NCBI RefSeq assembly: GCF_009834535.1
Contig: NC_045697.1
Location: forward strand, 53,570,001 to 53,634,000
Length of the DNA stretch: 64,000 nt
Direction of reading: 5' to 3'
Origin: Camelus ferus
Lineage: Eukaryota
Numbering within the stretch: position 1 is the stretch's first letter; every line of letters begins with the position of its first letter. The position numbers and the translations under genes are program-made. The notes beneath the pieces are model-generated. The model saw only the letters and a list, made by a program, of their open reading frames with translations. It had not been told where the DNA came from and did no database searches. Of this stretch, positions 11,816 through 24,712 are shown one piece after another.

Positions 11816-14800
11816 TACTTCATAGTCTTTCTGTTTTTTATTCATGAAGAGTACTGGCTAGTTACTTTTTAGAATATCCCTTTTTTTTTTTTTTCCTGGT
11901 GTTCTCTGGTGATTAAGGTGAGATTAGGCTTCGTGGATAAGAATACTGCAGAGGCGATCTTGTGTCCCTCACCGCGTGGTGTATCAGAGGTACCTATTAT
12001 AGATAGAAAGGTATTACTAGTGACCATGTTTTAATCACTGAGTTAAGATGGTGTCTGCCAAGATTCTCCTGATTTTACCCTTTGTAATTAACAAGTATCC
12101 TGACAGGAGATACTATGAGACTATGTGAAATACATTAATTACATGTTTGCACATATTTTTGCAATCCTTTACAGTGAAAAACAATATTTACAGAAGGAGT
12201 AATGGAAATAGAAAATCACCATTAGGCAAACTCATAGTAATAACTACTGCAGGGTATACAAAAATCTTTATACTTATTTTGCAACTTTTTATGTCTAAAA
12301 TTATTATTTATTTAAAGATTTAAGATAATTGGAAAATTTTGTTAAAAGAACATAAATGAAGAGCTTAGTTGGGCAGTTTGGGTTACATGAAAAAGGCATA
12401 AGCTTTAAAGAGTGAAAAAGGACTTGGAGAAAAGGCATCAAGTAGGCAAAACCAGTAGCTAGAATCAGACATCTTAGTCTATTCTCCATGTCTCTTCATC
12501 ATTCTATCATATTTCCTATTCCATGTTTTTTTTCTTTTTATTCAGAATGTAATTCTAAATAACATCTTCAGATTTCTCTTTTGCGTCACTGTTTATTTCT
12601 ACAGTTGTGCTTAATCTACTCTTCAATCTAGCCCTCGAATTTTGAGTTTCATGTATTGAATTCTTAATTTCCAGTAATTCTCTTTGTCTTTTTTAACAGA
12701 TTTTCACAATTATTCTTTTTAATCCCTTGTTCCTTGCTCATATTTTCAGACTTCTCTTTCATACCCTTAAAAATATTGTACAAGATAACTGTACTTTTTG
12801 TCTCAAACAGTAATAATATTTCTAATCATTATGTTAATATTTCTGATTTCTGTTGCTTTCGCTGTTTCTCAGTCATGAGGTCTTGTTTCTTTGCAAAATA
12901 TTTACCCTGGAATTTTACCTGTGGGAAGCCTTTGAAGCTGGGGTCAAAGTTTCTTCAAAGAGCTTTTCTAATTTGAACTGAAAATCAAATTAGAAAATTT
13001 GAAGGTTGACTTTATTAAGAATTCTAAGGGAAGATTTTTTTTATCCACACAAAGCCAAGAAGTTTTCCTTGCTATAAACTTCTCTGTAAGGGAACTCATT
13101 TGTAGAAGTGAGGCCAGATCTTGGAAATCTAGCATTATGTGAATGTTATGTGGGTGTAGGGTCTTAGACAAGCCTTGAGACTTTCCTTCTCCCCTCTCCT
13201 GCCACTTTACTGTGTATTTCCCAAAGAAACGGCAAGCTTGAACATCAGAATCCCTGCTTTGACTTTGTCTAGGGATTCTGCTGATTTTTCACTTTCTTGC
13301 CAAATCAAAAAATGACCTAATTTTATATTTTATCCAAAATTTTAAATGTTTCAGTTTGACATAAGTGAAAATATGCCATACTTTTAAATTTATGCAAATA
13401 AATCTTTCCTCATAACCTGAACTCTTAGTTTTCTCATAACGAAATAGCTAGAAATAGCTCTCTAATAACACATACATTGCGAAATCAATTTCTGAGCTGT
13501 ATTATATATCTTTGCTCGCTCTTTAGCTTTGTTTAAACTGTTTACGGTATTTCATGAACTTTGGCATAGTGAATAGATAAATTTATCAGTCTTTTTTTTA
13601 ATCACTTCAAGATTATTTACCCTGTATAAAAGAACTTTCACCCTCTAAGATTATAACGTTATCTCAGTTTTCTTCTAGTGGGTTCATGTTCCTGCCCTAT
13701 CTTCCTATTTTCTGACTCTCTTTTGGACTCTGCTTTTTACCAATTACTGTAAGAACTTATGCAAAGCTTAATTATGCAACACAGTACCACTCTCAATCTT
13801 TGATCCTGGATTTATCTTGTCATCTTTTAAGCAAATCTACTCTAGGTTTTCATTTTAGCAAAACAGAAAAACTCTTAACGGATTTGAAATTTCAATACGG
13901 CTCTTTCAAATTATTGAAATGAATATAATTTTGTAACTGAATAAACCCCTTGATATAACTATGTTACACTTCGTAGAACACATATATGTTAATATTCTCT
14001 TTTATTTCTAAGTGATAATTTTCAACCTGCAAGACTCTTAAAGACTTAGCTAACTCATAATTTCATCATTCCCTTCCTCTACCACGCAACCTCCTTCATG
14101 GGCTTTGCCCCTCTTCAGTTCATCTCTCCTTCTTAAGATCCATCTTCCTTATACTTGTGGAATAAGTATTTTTTAACTGGTTTATTTTCTGTAATAATCT
14201 GTGAAATCCCTTTGGATTGGAACTGTATCTTACAAGTCTCTTTATGCCCTGTGTATAATATAGAATCTGGCCTATACTAAGTGCTAAACAGCTTGTTGAA
14301 GGTATGACATAGCAAGTGATTTGGAGAATAATTGTAATTGGATTGAAAGATGGATGGATGATTGGACACAAAACCTCTACTTCTAAATTTTACCCCTCCT
14401 TTGAGATTCACAGGCACACGTAGTCATTAATGTACATACTGCTGGTCGTAAAATCTTCCCATAGCTACTTCTCCCTTAGTGTTTCATGATTTTGCTAGAG
14501 TCATTGTCACACTCTGGTTGCTCAAAGTATAAGCCGAGCACTTCCTTGTTAGCTACTGGTCACCTCTCACTTCTCATCAGTCATAAGGCTCTCCTTCTGG
14601 GCCCTCCAGTCACAAACCAATATTATATTCTCCCAGCGGCTCTCATCAGATCTTGCTTTCCTAATATTTAATTTTTAACACTTACATATTCTTTTTTCTC
14701 TGCAACTCAAATCCTATTTAGTTGCCAAAATAGTTTTATTAAAGGACATAATAATCATTTCCTGAACCTGAATTAAAAATTTGAATGGACACCTTTTCAT

Positions 14801-15483
14801 GAAGATTAAAACTGAACCCAGAGTATAAGATTCAAAACTCTCCAAAGTGTCCTATTTTAACCAATATTTTCCTTTTCTGCCCTGCTCTGTGTTAGCCTCT
14901 GCTCCATACACACTGGACTAATAACTGTATACTTAAGTGACCATAACTTATGTATCACTGATTTTTTTCTCCTTTTTGTCCATTCACCTTCAGAATCCAT
15001 CTTTTGTAAACTTTACTTCTGGACTTAGCTGAAATGTCCCCTCCATTCTGAAGCTTTGTCTGATTTTCTTTACATTGGAGTGACACCGTCTTCTGAGGCC
15101 CTGAAATGCTCTACCTTTGTATAATATTGAATAAAGTCCCCCTATTATGATGTGACGTGTGTGTCTTATCCACATACTAACATGTGACCAACCTTATTAT
15201 AGGACCTACATTTTTGTTTCCCCAAATTACTAATCATTAAGTCCAGTATTATTAAACCTATTATCATTTACTAGACTTACTTAAATGGGTTCTTCTATCA
15301 TATTTTAAAATTGTCAATGAAAAATATGTTTTATACTTTAACATATTTAAAACAAACTATAATGGTGCAATAACAAACTAAAATAAAGTTACAATTATGT
15401 CCTCCAAGATACATAAATATTTTATACCTCCTCCTGAACAAATATCGAATATTGTATATTGCTATGCCCAGTTAAAAACACTG

Positions 15484-15538
15484 GCAAACATCTCTGCGTG
15501 TAAGGGTCATTGCCTAACTCTAGAAGTTAATTTTTAAC
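15484..15538 (+). promoter_or_regulatory. Proximal promoter of the UGT2A3-type exon: HNF1 site and FOXA-like site
   Basis: GTTAATTTTTAAC at 15526-15538 (12/13 to the HNF1 consensus GTTAATNATTAAC), ending 86 nt before the ATG. GCAAACA at 15484-15490. Proximal HNF1 sites are typical of hepatic/intestinal UGT2 promoters. Confidence 0.65.
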
Positions 15539-15623
15539 TTGATAGATATCTAAAGTACCACTTTGCTTCTGTGCCCAGCACATAGTCAACCTCTGCAGAG
15601 TAGTGTGTGAGGGGATTGCTGTC

Positions 15624-16347
15624 ATGGTGTCTGAGAAATGGGTTTCAGCAATTCTACTGCTGCAGCTCTGCTTTGCTGGCTGTGGATTCTGCGGGAAGGT
15701 CCTGGTGTGGCCCTGTGACATGAGTCATTGGCTCAATCTAAAGGTTACTCTGGAGGAACTCACAGAAAGAGGCCACGAAGTGACTGTGTTGGTGCCTCCA
15801 CAAAATTTCATCATTGACTCCAAAAAGCCTTCCAAGCTGAACTTCGAGGTGATCCCCATGTCCCAGGACACAGAGACCGCTATAAATACACTAAATGCCT
15901 TTTTAGACTTATCTGTTAACATCATGCCATCATTGTCAGCCTGGCAGTCAGCCAAAAAACTGCAGGATTTTCTTTTTCAAGTTACTGGAGATTATAAACT
16001 TCTGTGTGAGAGCGTAGTCTACAATCAGTCACTCATGAAGAAGCTCCGGGAAAGCAACTACAACGTTATGATTATCGACCCTATGATACCCTGTGGGGAG
16101 CTGATTGCTGAGTTGCTAGAGGTCCCTTTCATGTACACGCTAAGGCTCTTCATGGGTAGCACGATGGAGAAATACTGTGGGAAACTCCCGGCTCCACCCT
16201 CCTATGTGCCCGTTGCCATGGCAGGACTAACAGACAGAATGACTTTTCCAGAAAGGATAAAAAATGTAATGCTTTCCATTGTCTTTGACTTCTGGCTCCA
16301 GCATCATGACATTCGGTTTTGGGACCAGTTTTACAGTGAAGCATTGG
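15624..16347 (+). CDS. UGT2A3: UDP-glucuronosyltransferase 2A3-type alternative first exon
   Basis: MVSEKWVSAILLLQLCFAGCGFCGKVLVWPCDMSHWLN...FWDQFYSEALG; GCGFCGKVLVWPCDMSHW is the UGT2A3 N-terminal motif. ATG in good context (gtcATGG), 724 nt open, phase-1 donor TTGG|GTAAGA. Confidence 0.9.
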
Positions 16348-17327
16348 GTAAGAGACTCTACTTTTCACTCTAAAGTACTTAAGAGCAGCAGCTAAGGAGG
16401 TCGAAGAAAAGTCTAGGACAATGAAAGGAACATATTTTTAAAACTTGCACTTCCACATAAAAGTCTACGAGTGATAGCCATGAACTGTTATTCAGTAACG
16501 AATTGGGAAGGGTTGCCATGGTTACTCTTTCTCTACTGTCATCTCTTTTGGAGGGTACTTCAGCGCTTAAGAGATTGTTAGCAAAACAAAATGAAATATA
16601 AAATACACCAATACATGTCAATCCGGTGGAAGATGGATTTTTTTGTTGGATATAAGATATCACAAAAAAGTCTAGTACGCTGAGTTTTTATAGTGGAGGA
16701 TGTTTGATTTCTTACTGGTCGAAAGATGGTAACATATGTTGAAAGACAAAGATAATCCTTTTGCCTGATTCCAGTAATAAACTGAAACTTGAGCTATATT
16801 AACAATGGGACAACAAAGCTGGTATATGATTTAGTCTGAATATTGCTTTACAAATTTTGAGAATCATGGATAATCAGATTCAAAATTGATACCATTCTTC
16901 TGTTGGACCTTCTATTCCTATCTTGCTCATGAATCTGGGATGAAACGTCATTAAGTTGGACGTAAACTGCTTCATCATAGCTGTTCTTCCTGAAAAGTTT
17001 CTTAGGATGCTTTAGACTTCTTGTGGGAGTATTATACAAAAATCTAAAAAAATCAGATAGAAAACTTAAAATCATTTCCAGCTTGAGGTGTTAAAAAAGA
17101 GTTTATTTTTTGCTTCACTAGTTATGTATATTCTATTTTTAGTTGCTTGCCGTTTCTAATAAAGAATGGTTTTGCTTTGCACTTTTCACATATCCGGCTC
17201 TTATCTGATTCCATCAACTGAAGTGGGCTTTTACTCCAAGTATTTTTTGAGAGTCATGAAGATGAACTAGCAAACAAAAGATCATATTGGGTGTTCATTG
17301 GAAATATTAACTCAGTTACCATCCTTA

Positions 17328-17638
17328 ATACGTTAGTTTGCCAGGGCTGCTACAGCTAACAGACCAGGGGGCATAAACACTAGAAATTAATTTTCTTATT
17401 GTCCTGGAAGCTGAAAGTCCAAAACCAAGGTGTTGTCAAGGCTAGTTTCCCTGGAAGTTGATCTCTCTGGCTTGTACATTCCTAGTGTCTCTTCCTCTTC
17501 TTGTAAGATCTGTTGTACTGGATTAGGGCCCATTCTTATGACTTCATTTAACTTTAATTACCTCTTTAAAGGACTATCTTCAAATCCAGTCAGACTTTAA
17601 TCAATTAATGTTAGAGGAACACAGGTCAGTCCATAACA
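17328..17638 (-). mobile_element. MaLR solo LTR (MLT1A/B-like)
   Basis: ttagtttgccagggctgct...aagtccaaaaccaaggtg...ggattagggccc...cagtccataaca MLT1 motifs. Confidence 0.75.
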
Positions 17639-19345
17639 CTGATTTTCAATATATACATTGTTTCACAGAACTAATGTTCAAAAAACCCACTTTAAAAATC
17701 CTTAGCTTTACACGTGGTTTTAAATTTACACTGCACTGGTTTCACAATACATAATTTAACAACCAGTAAGAACTTTCTGAGTGTAGGCAGTGTCTTACTC
17801 TATGGATTTTAGGTTAAAAAGACCAGGACCTTGGCCTCAGTTCTACGCTCAGAAATAAATGCAAGATACAGAATTAGAAATATACTCTGATAATTAGAGA
17901 CGCTTCCCTAACTCCAATCAATAACTTTCTAGGACATTTGTCATATTATGCATAATTAGAGGAAAGGTAAAAAATTCTGCATGTATACATATTATGAAAC
18001 AAATGTAGTCTCAGGGTCTATGGCAAATTTTTAACTCTTACATTTAACAGGTTTTTCTTTTACTGTAAATACTTTCATTGAGTTTCATTCCTGTACTCTC
18101 TCATGTTCTTTAACGGGCAATTCTGAATGCATTATGAGTATAATTTCATTCTTGATGTCATAATAAAAACAACTAATACAAATGGCTAAAAAATTCAAAT
18201 GGAACAAAAGTATATATAGTGAATGATAATTGGCTTCACATTTCTCTTATGTAAGACTATTCCTTTTTCTTTTCTTTACATCAAAATATTGTCTATGTAA
18301 TATTAAACATAAGTATATATAGTTTTTCTTTTTTACCAGTAGTAACAATGACTAAATATTTATCTTTACTTCTTTTTTATCACTTAATGTAGATTTGATA
18401 TCTTTCCACACAACATTTTAAGATCTACATTATTCCTTATATTGACCTAATAATATTCAATTGAATGGATATAAAAAATCGTTGGACTTTGGTCTAGTGC
18501 TGAAAGGTATACTTGGATTGTTCCAGCTCTGGTATTACAAAAAAAAATTGCCCTAAATTTACTGTACCTAAATCTCTGCCGCAATGCCTCCTAAATGTTT
18601 TGAACCATTTAGCTTTTATCCTCAGATCTTTTCTTGGGTGACCAGCAGGTATTCCATTTTCTTTTGGGCTGTTAATCCTATTGACCTACAACTGTCCTGG
18701 CATTTTAGGGAATTTAAAGCCTTTTTTTCCCCTATAATATGCATTACAGACGTCTTTTTAAGCCCATCAGTTGACTTAGGAATTTTAAACTAATTTATTC
18801 CTACATAAAAATATTTTATATATATTTTAAAATATTATGCATGTCCTTTCAGATTTTAGAAAATATAACAAAAAGAAGCAAATAAAATGTAAGTATACAG
18901 TTGAAAGAAATAATAAAATAAACTTCTGTATGCCCTATAACCAAGTTGAGAAATAGACTGTTGCCAGTATCTTAGAAACACCCTTCTTCCAGTAGAGCCC
19001 ACCACCCTGACTTTGGTGAACATTTTCTTGAAAATTTTATGTCTCCCATTGTATATGATTTCCTCAACACTTCATTGTTTAGTTTTTTAATAGTCTACAA
19101 ATATAGGCATAGATATGCTACTTATGCCTGATACTCTATAGGATGCAATCAAGTGTTTTCTTTCTTTATTTCCTTTTTTATTTTCCTAAAGCTCTATAGA
19201 CAGTGTTCTGTTGTGTGACAGCACTATGACATTCTGTGTATGGACGACTAGCTGTTTACAACTTCTTAATTTAATGCTGCTATTATGAACTTTCTTGTAT
19301 ACGTCCTCTGTTGTACAAGACCAATAGTATCAATAGGATATAAAC

Positions 19346-19419
19346 TATATATATATATAGTTTGTGTGAGTCTGTGTGTATATGTGTGTGTGTACATATA
19401 CACACACACACACACACAC
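19346..19419. repeat. Compound (TA)n/(TG)n/(CA)n microsatellite
   Basis: Directly visible. Confidence 0.85.
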
Positions 19420-20434
19420 GTATATTTCCCCCTACTGGGTAATTTTAGACTTTTCTCAAAAAATTATATTCCAACCAAAATTATACAAATTTTTACCTTA
19501 ACCAACAGGGCATTTTAATCTTCTTTGTAGCACACCCTCACTTAGCGTATCATTGAATGACTTTTATTAGCAGTTGTATTGAGATGTAATTGGCATACCG
19601 TAAAGCTCACACATTTTAAGAGTACCGTGATAGTCGGCATGTTTAAAAGTCCAGCGACTATCACCATGCTGTAATTTTACAACACCCCAAAGAAAGGATT
19701 TTTTAAGTTCCATCAATCTGGCAGATCTGAAGTTATATCTTAGGTTTTACTTAGATTTCTTTGATTATTACCGAGATTGAGTAACTTTTCATATTTTATG
19801 GGCTGTTTCCATTTATTTTTCAGTGAATATCCTGCTCATGTCTTCTGTCCATTTTTTTCTAATGCGTTTGCTTGTGTTTTCATTACTGATTCAGTAAATT
19901 CCATATATATTCTAGACAAGCCTTTGTCAGTTTTATGTATTTCAGACATTTTCCTGACAGTTTATGAAGTGCTTCTCTTTCTCTTAAGTATCATATGAAG
20001 ACTTTCAGGTTTTAAACTTAATAGAGTCAAATTAATTAGCTATTCCTTTCTTTACGCACTTGAGGAAATCCTTTCTTTCTATGAAAGCATAAAGATTTCC
20101 TTTCACATTGTCTTCCAAGAGGCTATGTTTCAGTTTTTCCTTTGAAGGTTTTAATCTACTAAATATTTTATTTTTGTGTATGTTGTAGTTTAGGCTCAGT
20201 TTCTTTTCTGTTTAACTGTTCACCCTTCTTCCTTCTTCCCTGCCTTGTCTCTACCTCTCTCCTCTCCTCTCTTTCTCCCTACTCTTGCCCAGGGATAATG
20301 AGTTGTGTCACTACTATTTATTCAAGGCTTCTTTTCCCTGCTTATCTGCAATGCTTACTCGGTCTTTCAGAAATTTCATTACTTAAGGTTTTGCTTCTAT
20401 TCATTATTTTACTTGCTTTCTTCTTTATTTGTTC

Positions 20435-21660
20435 TATTTTTAGCTTTATTAAGATGTAATTGACATATAACTTTGCATAAGTTTTAAGTATACAGTTGAT
20501 GACTTAAAACACATGTATATATAGCGAAATGTTTACTACAATAATGTTAGCACATCCATCACCTCACATGCTTACTTTTTTTGTGGTGAGAACATTTAGT
20601 ATTTACTCTTAGCAACCTTCAAGTATATAATACATTATTGTCAATCAGAGTCACCATGCTGAATATTAGATACCCATAACTTACTCATCTAATGACGTAG
20701 TCATCTACAGTTTGTACCTCTGACCAACATCAGCCTAATTTCCCCACCCTCCAGTCCCTGGCAACCACCAATCCACTGTTTTTATGAGTTTGGCTTTTTT
20801 TTTAATATTCTACATTTAAGTGAGCTCATACAGTATCTGTTTTTCTCTGTCTGGCTTATTTCACGTAGCATAAGTTTCATTCATTTTGTCACAAATGGCA
20901 AGATTTCCTGCTTTCTTATGGCTGAATAATATTCCCTTGTATGTGTATACCACATCTTCTTCACCCATTCATCCAAAATTACAATCCATGATCTGTAGCT
21001 GGGAGGGGCTGGAGCTGAGTGTAGGACCCTCAGGATCTCTGACACCACAGACAGGAATGTCTTCTGCTGGGACCCTGGGCAGGCAGGTCCGCTAGTGGAC
21101 TGTAACTGTGTTGAGGTTGGAACTAAGTAGGGAGACCATCAGGGTCTCTGGGGACACAGCCTGGAGTGTCTTCTGCTGGGTCCACATGTTAGCAGGATTG
21201 TTCACCCACTGTGGTTGGGAGGAGCAGGAGCCGAGTTTGGCAAGCTTGCCTCTGGGGGCTCCCACAGGGGCTAGGGTAAGTTCATGGGCCACTTCAGGGT
21301 CCACAGCTGGGACTGAGGTCTGCATGCTTATTACTCGACATGCAGGCAGCATGACTCCTGCTGGGTTCCTTGGCTTATGGTGTTGGTGGCAGAACAAAGA
21401 GAAATGAGCTGTAGCTGAGTTCTCAGGGTACAGAAGTTTTTTCCAAGTCTGCAGCTAGAAACACAGTCTGCAAGTCACTCATCTGGTTGCAAGCCTGCCT
21501 TCTCAAAAGTTCTTTCCTCTGTCTTGGACTGCACCCAGATTTCACAGTCTCCTACCTGCAGCCCAAGGCTTGCACAAACACACATTGTCCATGGACAAAT
21601 ATTGAATCGTTGTTGTTGAGGTAGCGATACATCAGGGATAGGTTTTTTGACTATCTTGCA
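20435..21660 (-). mobile_element. L1MA-type 3' end joined to a GC-rich L1 5'UTR-like block
   Basis: L1 3'UTR antisense at 20435-20975, then GC-rich 20980-21660 ending in ctatcttg (antisense of a caagatgg-like L1 start). Confidence 0.55.
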
Positions 21661-22139
21661 AAAACTGGTTCTTAGTATCTGGAAGGATAATATCCTCTCC
21701 CCTTGTATCTCTTTTAGTGTACCTTGATTATTCTTAGCTCTTTGCTCTTCTGTGTAGATTTTAAAATTAAATTTAAAATTCTATAAAAATTGTTGTTTCA
21801 TGAAACTTGGGATTTTGATATTTTAAAAGGAATTATAAAGAGTCTGTAGATTTATCTGGAGAGAATGGGCGCCTTTATAAATTTTGATTTTCCTGTCAAT
21901 GAACATGATGGCTCTATTTTTCTATAATGAGTTTCTATAAGACTTTATCATTCTAATCATAACTAGTTTACACAAGCCTGACAGTTATTCAAAAATTGTA
22001 AGCCAAAGTATACTTTTAATTATATTTTCTTTTATTCATGCACAGAAATTGCAGTTGCTATTTCATATTCCTTTGTATCCATCATAATGATCAAACTCTC
22101 ACATTCATTCTACTGATATATCTGTATATTCTTTGGAAA

Positions 22140-24712
22140 TATACAGAGAGTCTCAGCTTATCTGAACAGATACTCAAAAGCAGAGACTCAAGTGGAAATA
22201 ATCTCAGGAACCAGTGTCTGAGTAGGAACATCTGAACTGTAATTGATGAATTACTGGAGGTTCAGTGTGGACAAATCTGAAAGTTAGAAAAATCCAGTGG
22301 GACCCAGTCACAGCGGGGTCCCCACAGTATTGTAAGATTTACCTCCAGGAGCTCAAACAATTTTTGTGCAGTAAATATCAAAGAAAAATCCTTTGCTTCC
22401 AGTTAGAGGAGGGGGAAAGGAATCATTTTTAAATAAGCCAGAGTATTCTGTTCTTCTTAGCAAGGTGGGCTGCCAGGGGAAACCAGTTAATCAGAGCATA
22501 ATGTGCTGGGGTATTATCAGAGCCTAACTGATCTGGAGAAAGAAAAATACAATTCCAGGCCCCCCAGATTACCACATGGGGAAAGGAATATACCCATCTC
22601 CAGACCCTCTTTCCCCATGTAAAATGGGGGAAAAATTAGAAATAGTTGTGAAGTTCACAGTCTAGAGGCACAGACTCGGTAAAACACTGAGACCAATCTT
22701 AGGACTAGAGAGTGCCTCCCCCTCAACAACTAATCCCCACATTAAAAAAGCCTATTTACAATAATTTTTAATCAATACGTCATGTTTGGCTATCAAGAAA
22801 AAATTACAAGACATACCAAAAGACAAAAATATATTTTGAATAGACAGAACAATCATCAGAGCCAGAGACAGCAAGAATATTGTAATTATCAAGACAAGGA
22901 TTTAAGACAATTCTGATTAATATGCTAAAGGCTCTAATCGATAAAGTAGACCTCATGTAAGAAAAGATGGACTGTGGAAGCAGAGATTTGCAAATCCTAA
23001 GAAAAATCAAAAAAGAAGAAGAGATTAAAAAAAAACTGTAACAGAAATGAATTCAAAGATGAAAATTATACTGATACTTCATAGCTGTTTTTAGAGGATA
23101 GAAACAGAGGGAATAATTTCTAACTCATTCCATGAGGATAACAGTACCCAAAGGCCAAAACCAGACAAAGACACTACCAGGGAAAAAGCTATAGATAAAT
23201 ATTTCTCAAAAACATAGATGTACAAGTTCTCAATGAAATGCTCGAAAACTGAATCCAACAATATACAGAAAGTATTCTGTTCTGTGAAAGACTGTCAAGA
23301 GAATGAAACGACAAGACACACCTGGGAGACAATATTTACAAAAGATGTGTCTGATAGACAACTGTCATCCAAAATGTTTTTAAAAACACTTAAAACTCAA
23401 AGAGAAGAAATCATGAAACTCATTAGAAAGTGGACCAAAGACAATAACAGATATGGCACAAAGAAGATACATAGTCGGCAAATCAGCAAATAAGCGTGTA
23501 AAAAGTGCTCCACGTGATCTGTCATGAGGAAAATGCGAATTAAAACACAAGTGGAATCTAAACAAAAAGGACACAATGAACTCATCTACAAAACAGAAAC
23601 AGACTTGCAGACTTACTAAACAATATTATGGTCACTGGGGAAAGGGTGTGGGAGGGGATAAACTTGGAATTTTGAGATTTACAAATCTTAGCCACTATAT
23701 ATAAAAGATTTTAAAAGTTTCATATAGCACAGGGAACTATGTTCAATATCTTGTAATAACCTTTAATGGAAAAAAATATGAAAACAAATATATGTATATA
23801 TACATATGACTGGGACATTGTGCTGTACACCAGAGACTGACATATTGTAATTGTACTTCAATTAAAAAAAAAGCATGCAGTGAGACACCAGTACATATCT
23901 ATTAGAATGGCCAAAATGCAGACCACTGGCAACATCAAACAGTGGCAAGTTGTGGAACAGGAACTCTCCTTATTGATAGTGGGACAGCCACTTTGGGAGA
24001 CACTTTGATGGTTTCTTGTAAAAGCAAGCATAAACTTACCATAGTATCACACTTCTTGAAATTTACCCAAAGGAGCTGAAAAACTTATGTTCACACAGAA
24101 ACTTGTACACGGATGTTATAGATGCTTTATTCATAATTACCACTACTTGGAAGCAACCAAGATGCCCTTCAGTAGGTGAATGGATAAACTGTGGTAGATC
24201 CAGACGATAGAATATTATTCAGCACACACCAAAAAAGTTATCAAGCTATGAAAAGACATGGAACCATGGAGGAAACTTAAATGCATATTACTAAGTGAAA
24301 GAATCCAATTTGAAAAGGTATGATTCAAATTATATGACATTCTGGAAAAGGCAAAACTATAGAGACAAAAAAAATCTATGGTTGCCAGGGGTGAGATAGG
24401 AGTGGGGGATTAACAGGCAGAGCACGGAAGAATTCTCGGGCAGTGAAACTACTCTATCATGATGGATACATATCTTTATTATTTGTCCAAACCCACAGAA
24501 TTTACATCAGGAGCTAATTATGATGTAAACTATGGACTTTGGGTGATTATAATGTCTCAGGGTACGTTCATCAGTTGTAACAAACATACCACTCTGTTGA
24601 GGGGTGTTGATAATGGTAGAGTCTATGCATGCGTGAAGACAAGGGTATATGAGAAGTATCTCCACTTGCTCCTCAATTTTATTGTGATCCAAAAATTGCT
24701 CTAAAAAAGTAA
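22140..24712 (+). mobile_element. Old L1MC/MD element, fragmented
   Basis: ORF1-like (22800-23050), ORF2-like (23060-23550 and 23875-24300) and 3'UTR (tgtaaactatggactttgggtgattat...ctctaaaaaa) segments. Confidence 0.7.
23551..23872 (+). mobile_element. Younger L1 3' end nested in the older L1
   Basis: gtggaatctaaacaaaaaggacacaatgaact...tacttcaattaaaaaaaa interrupts the host between taaaacacaa and gcagtgagacacc. Confidence 0.75.

Noticed and set aside
15603..15623. Upstream GTG start used by the ORF track
   Set aside because: The ATG at 15624 has good context and matches the UGT2A3 N-terminus.
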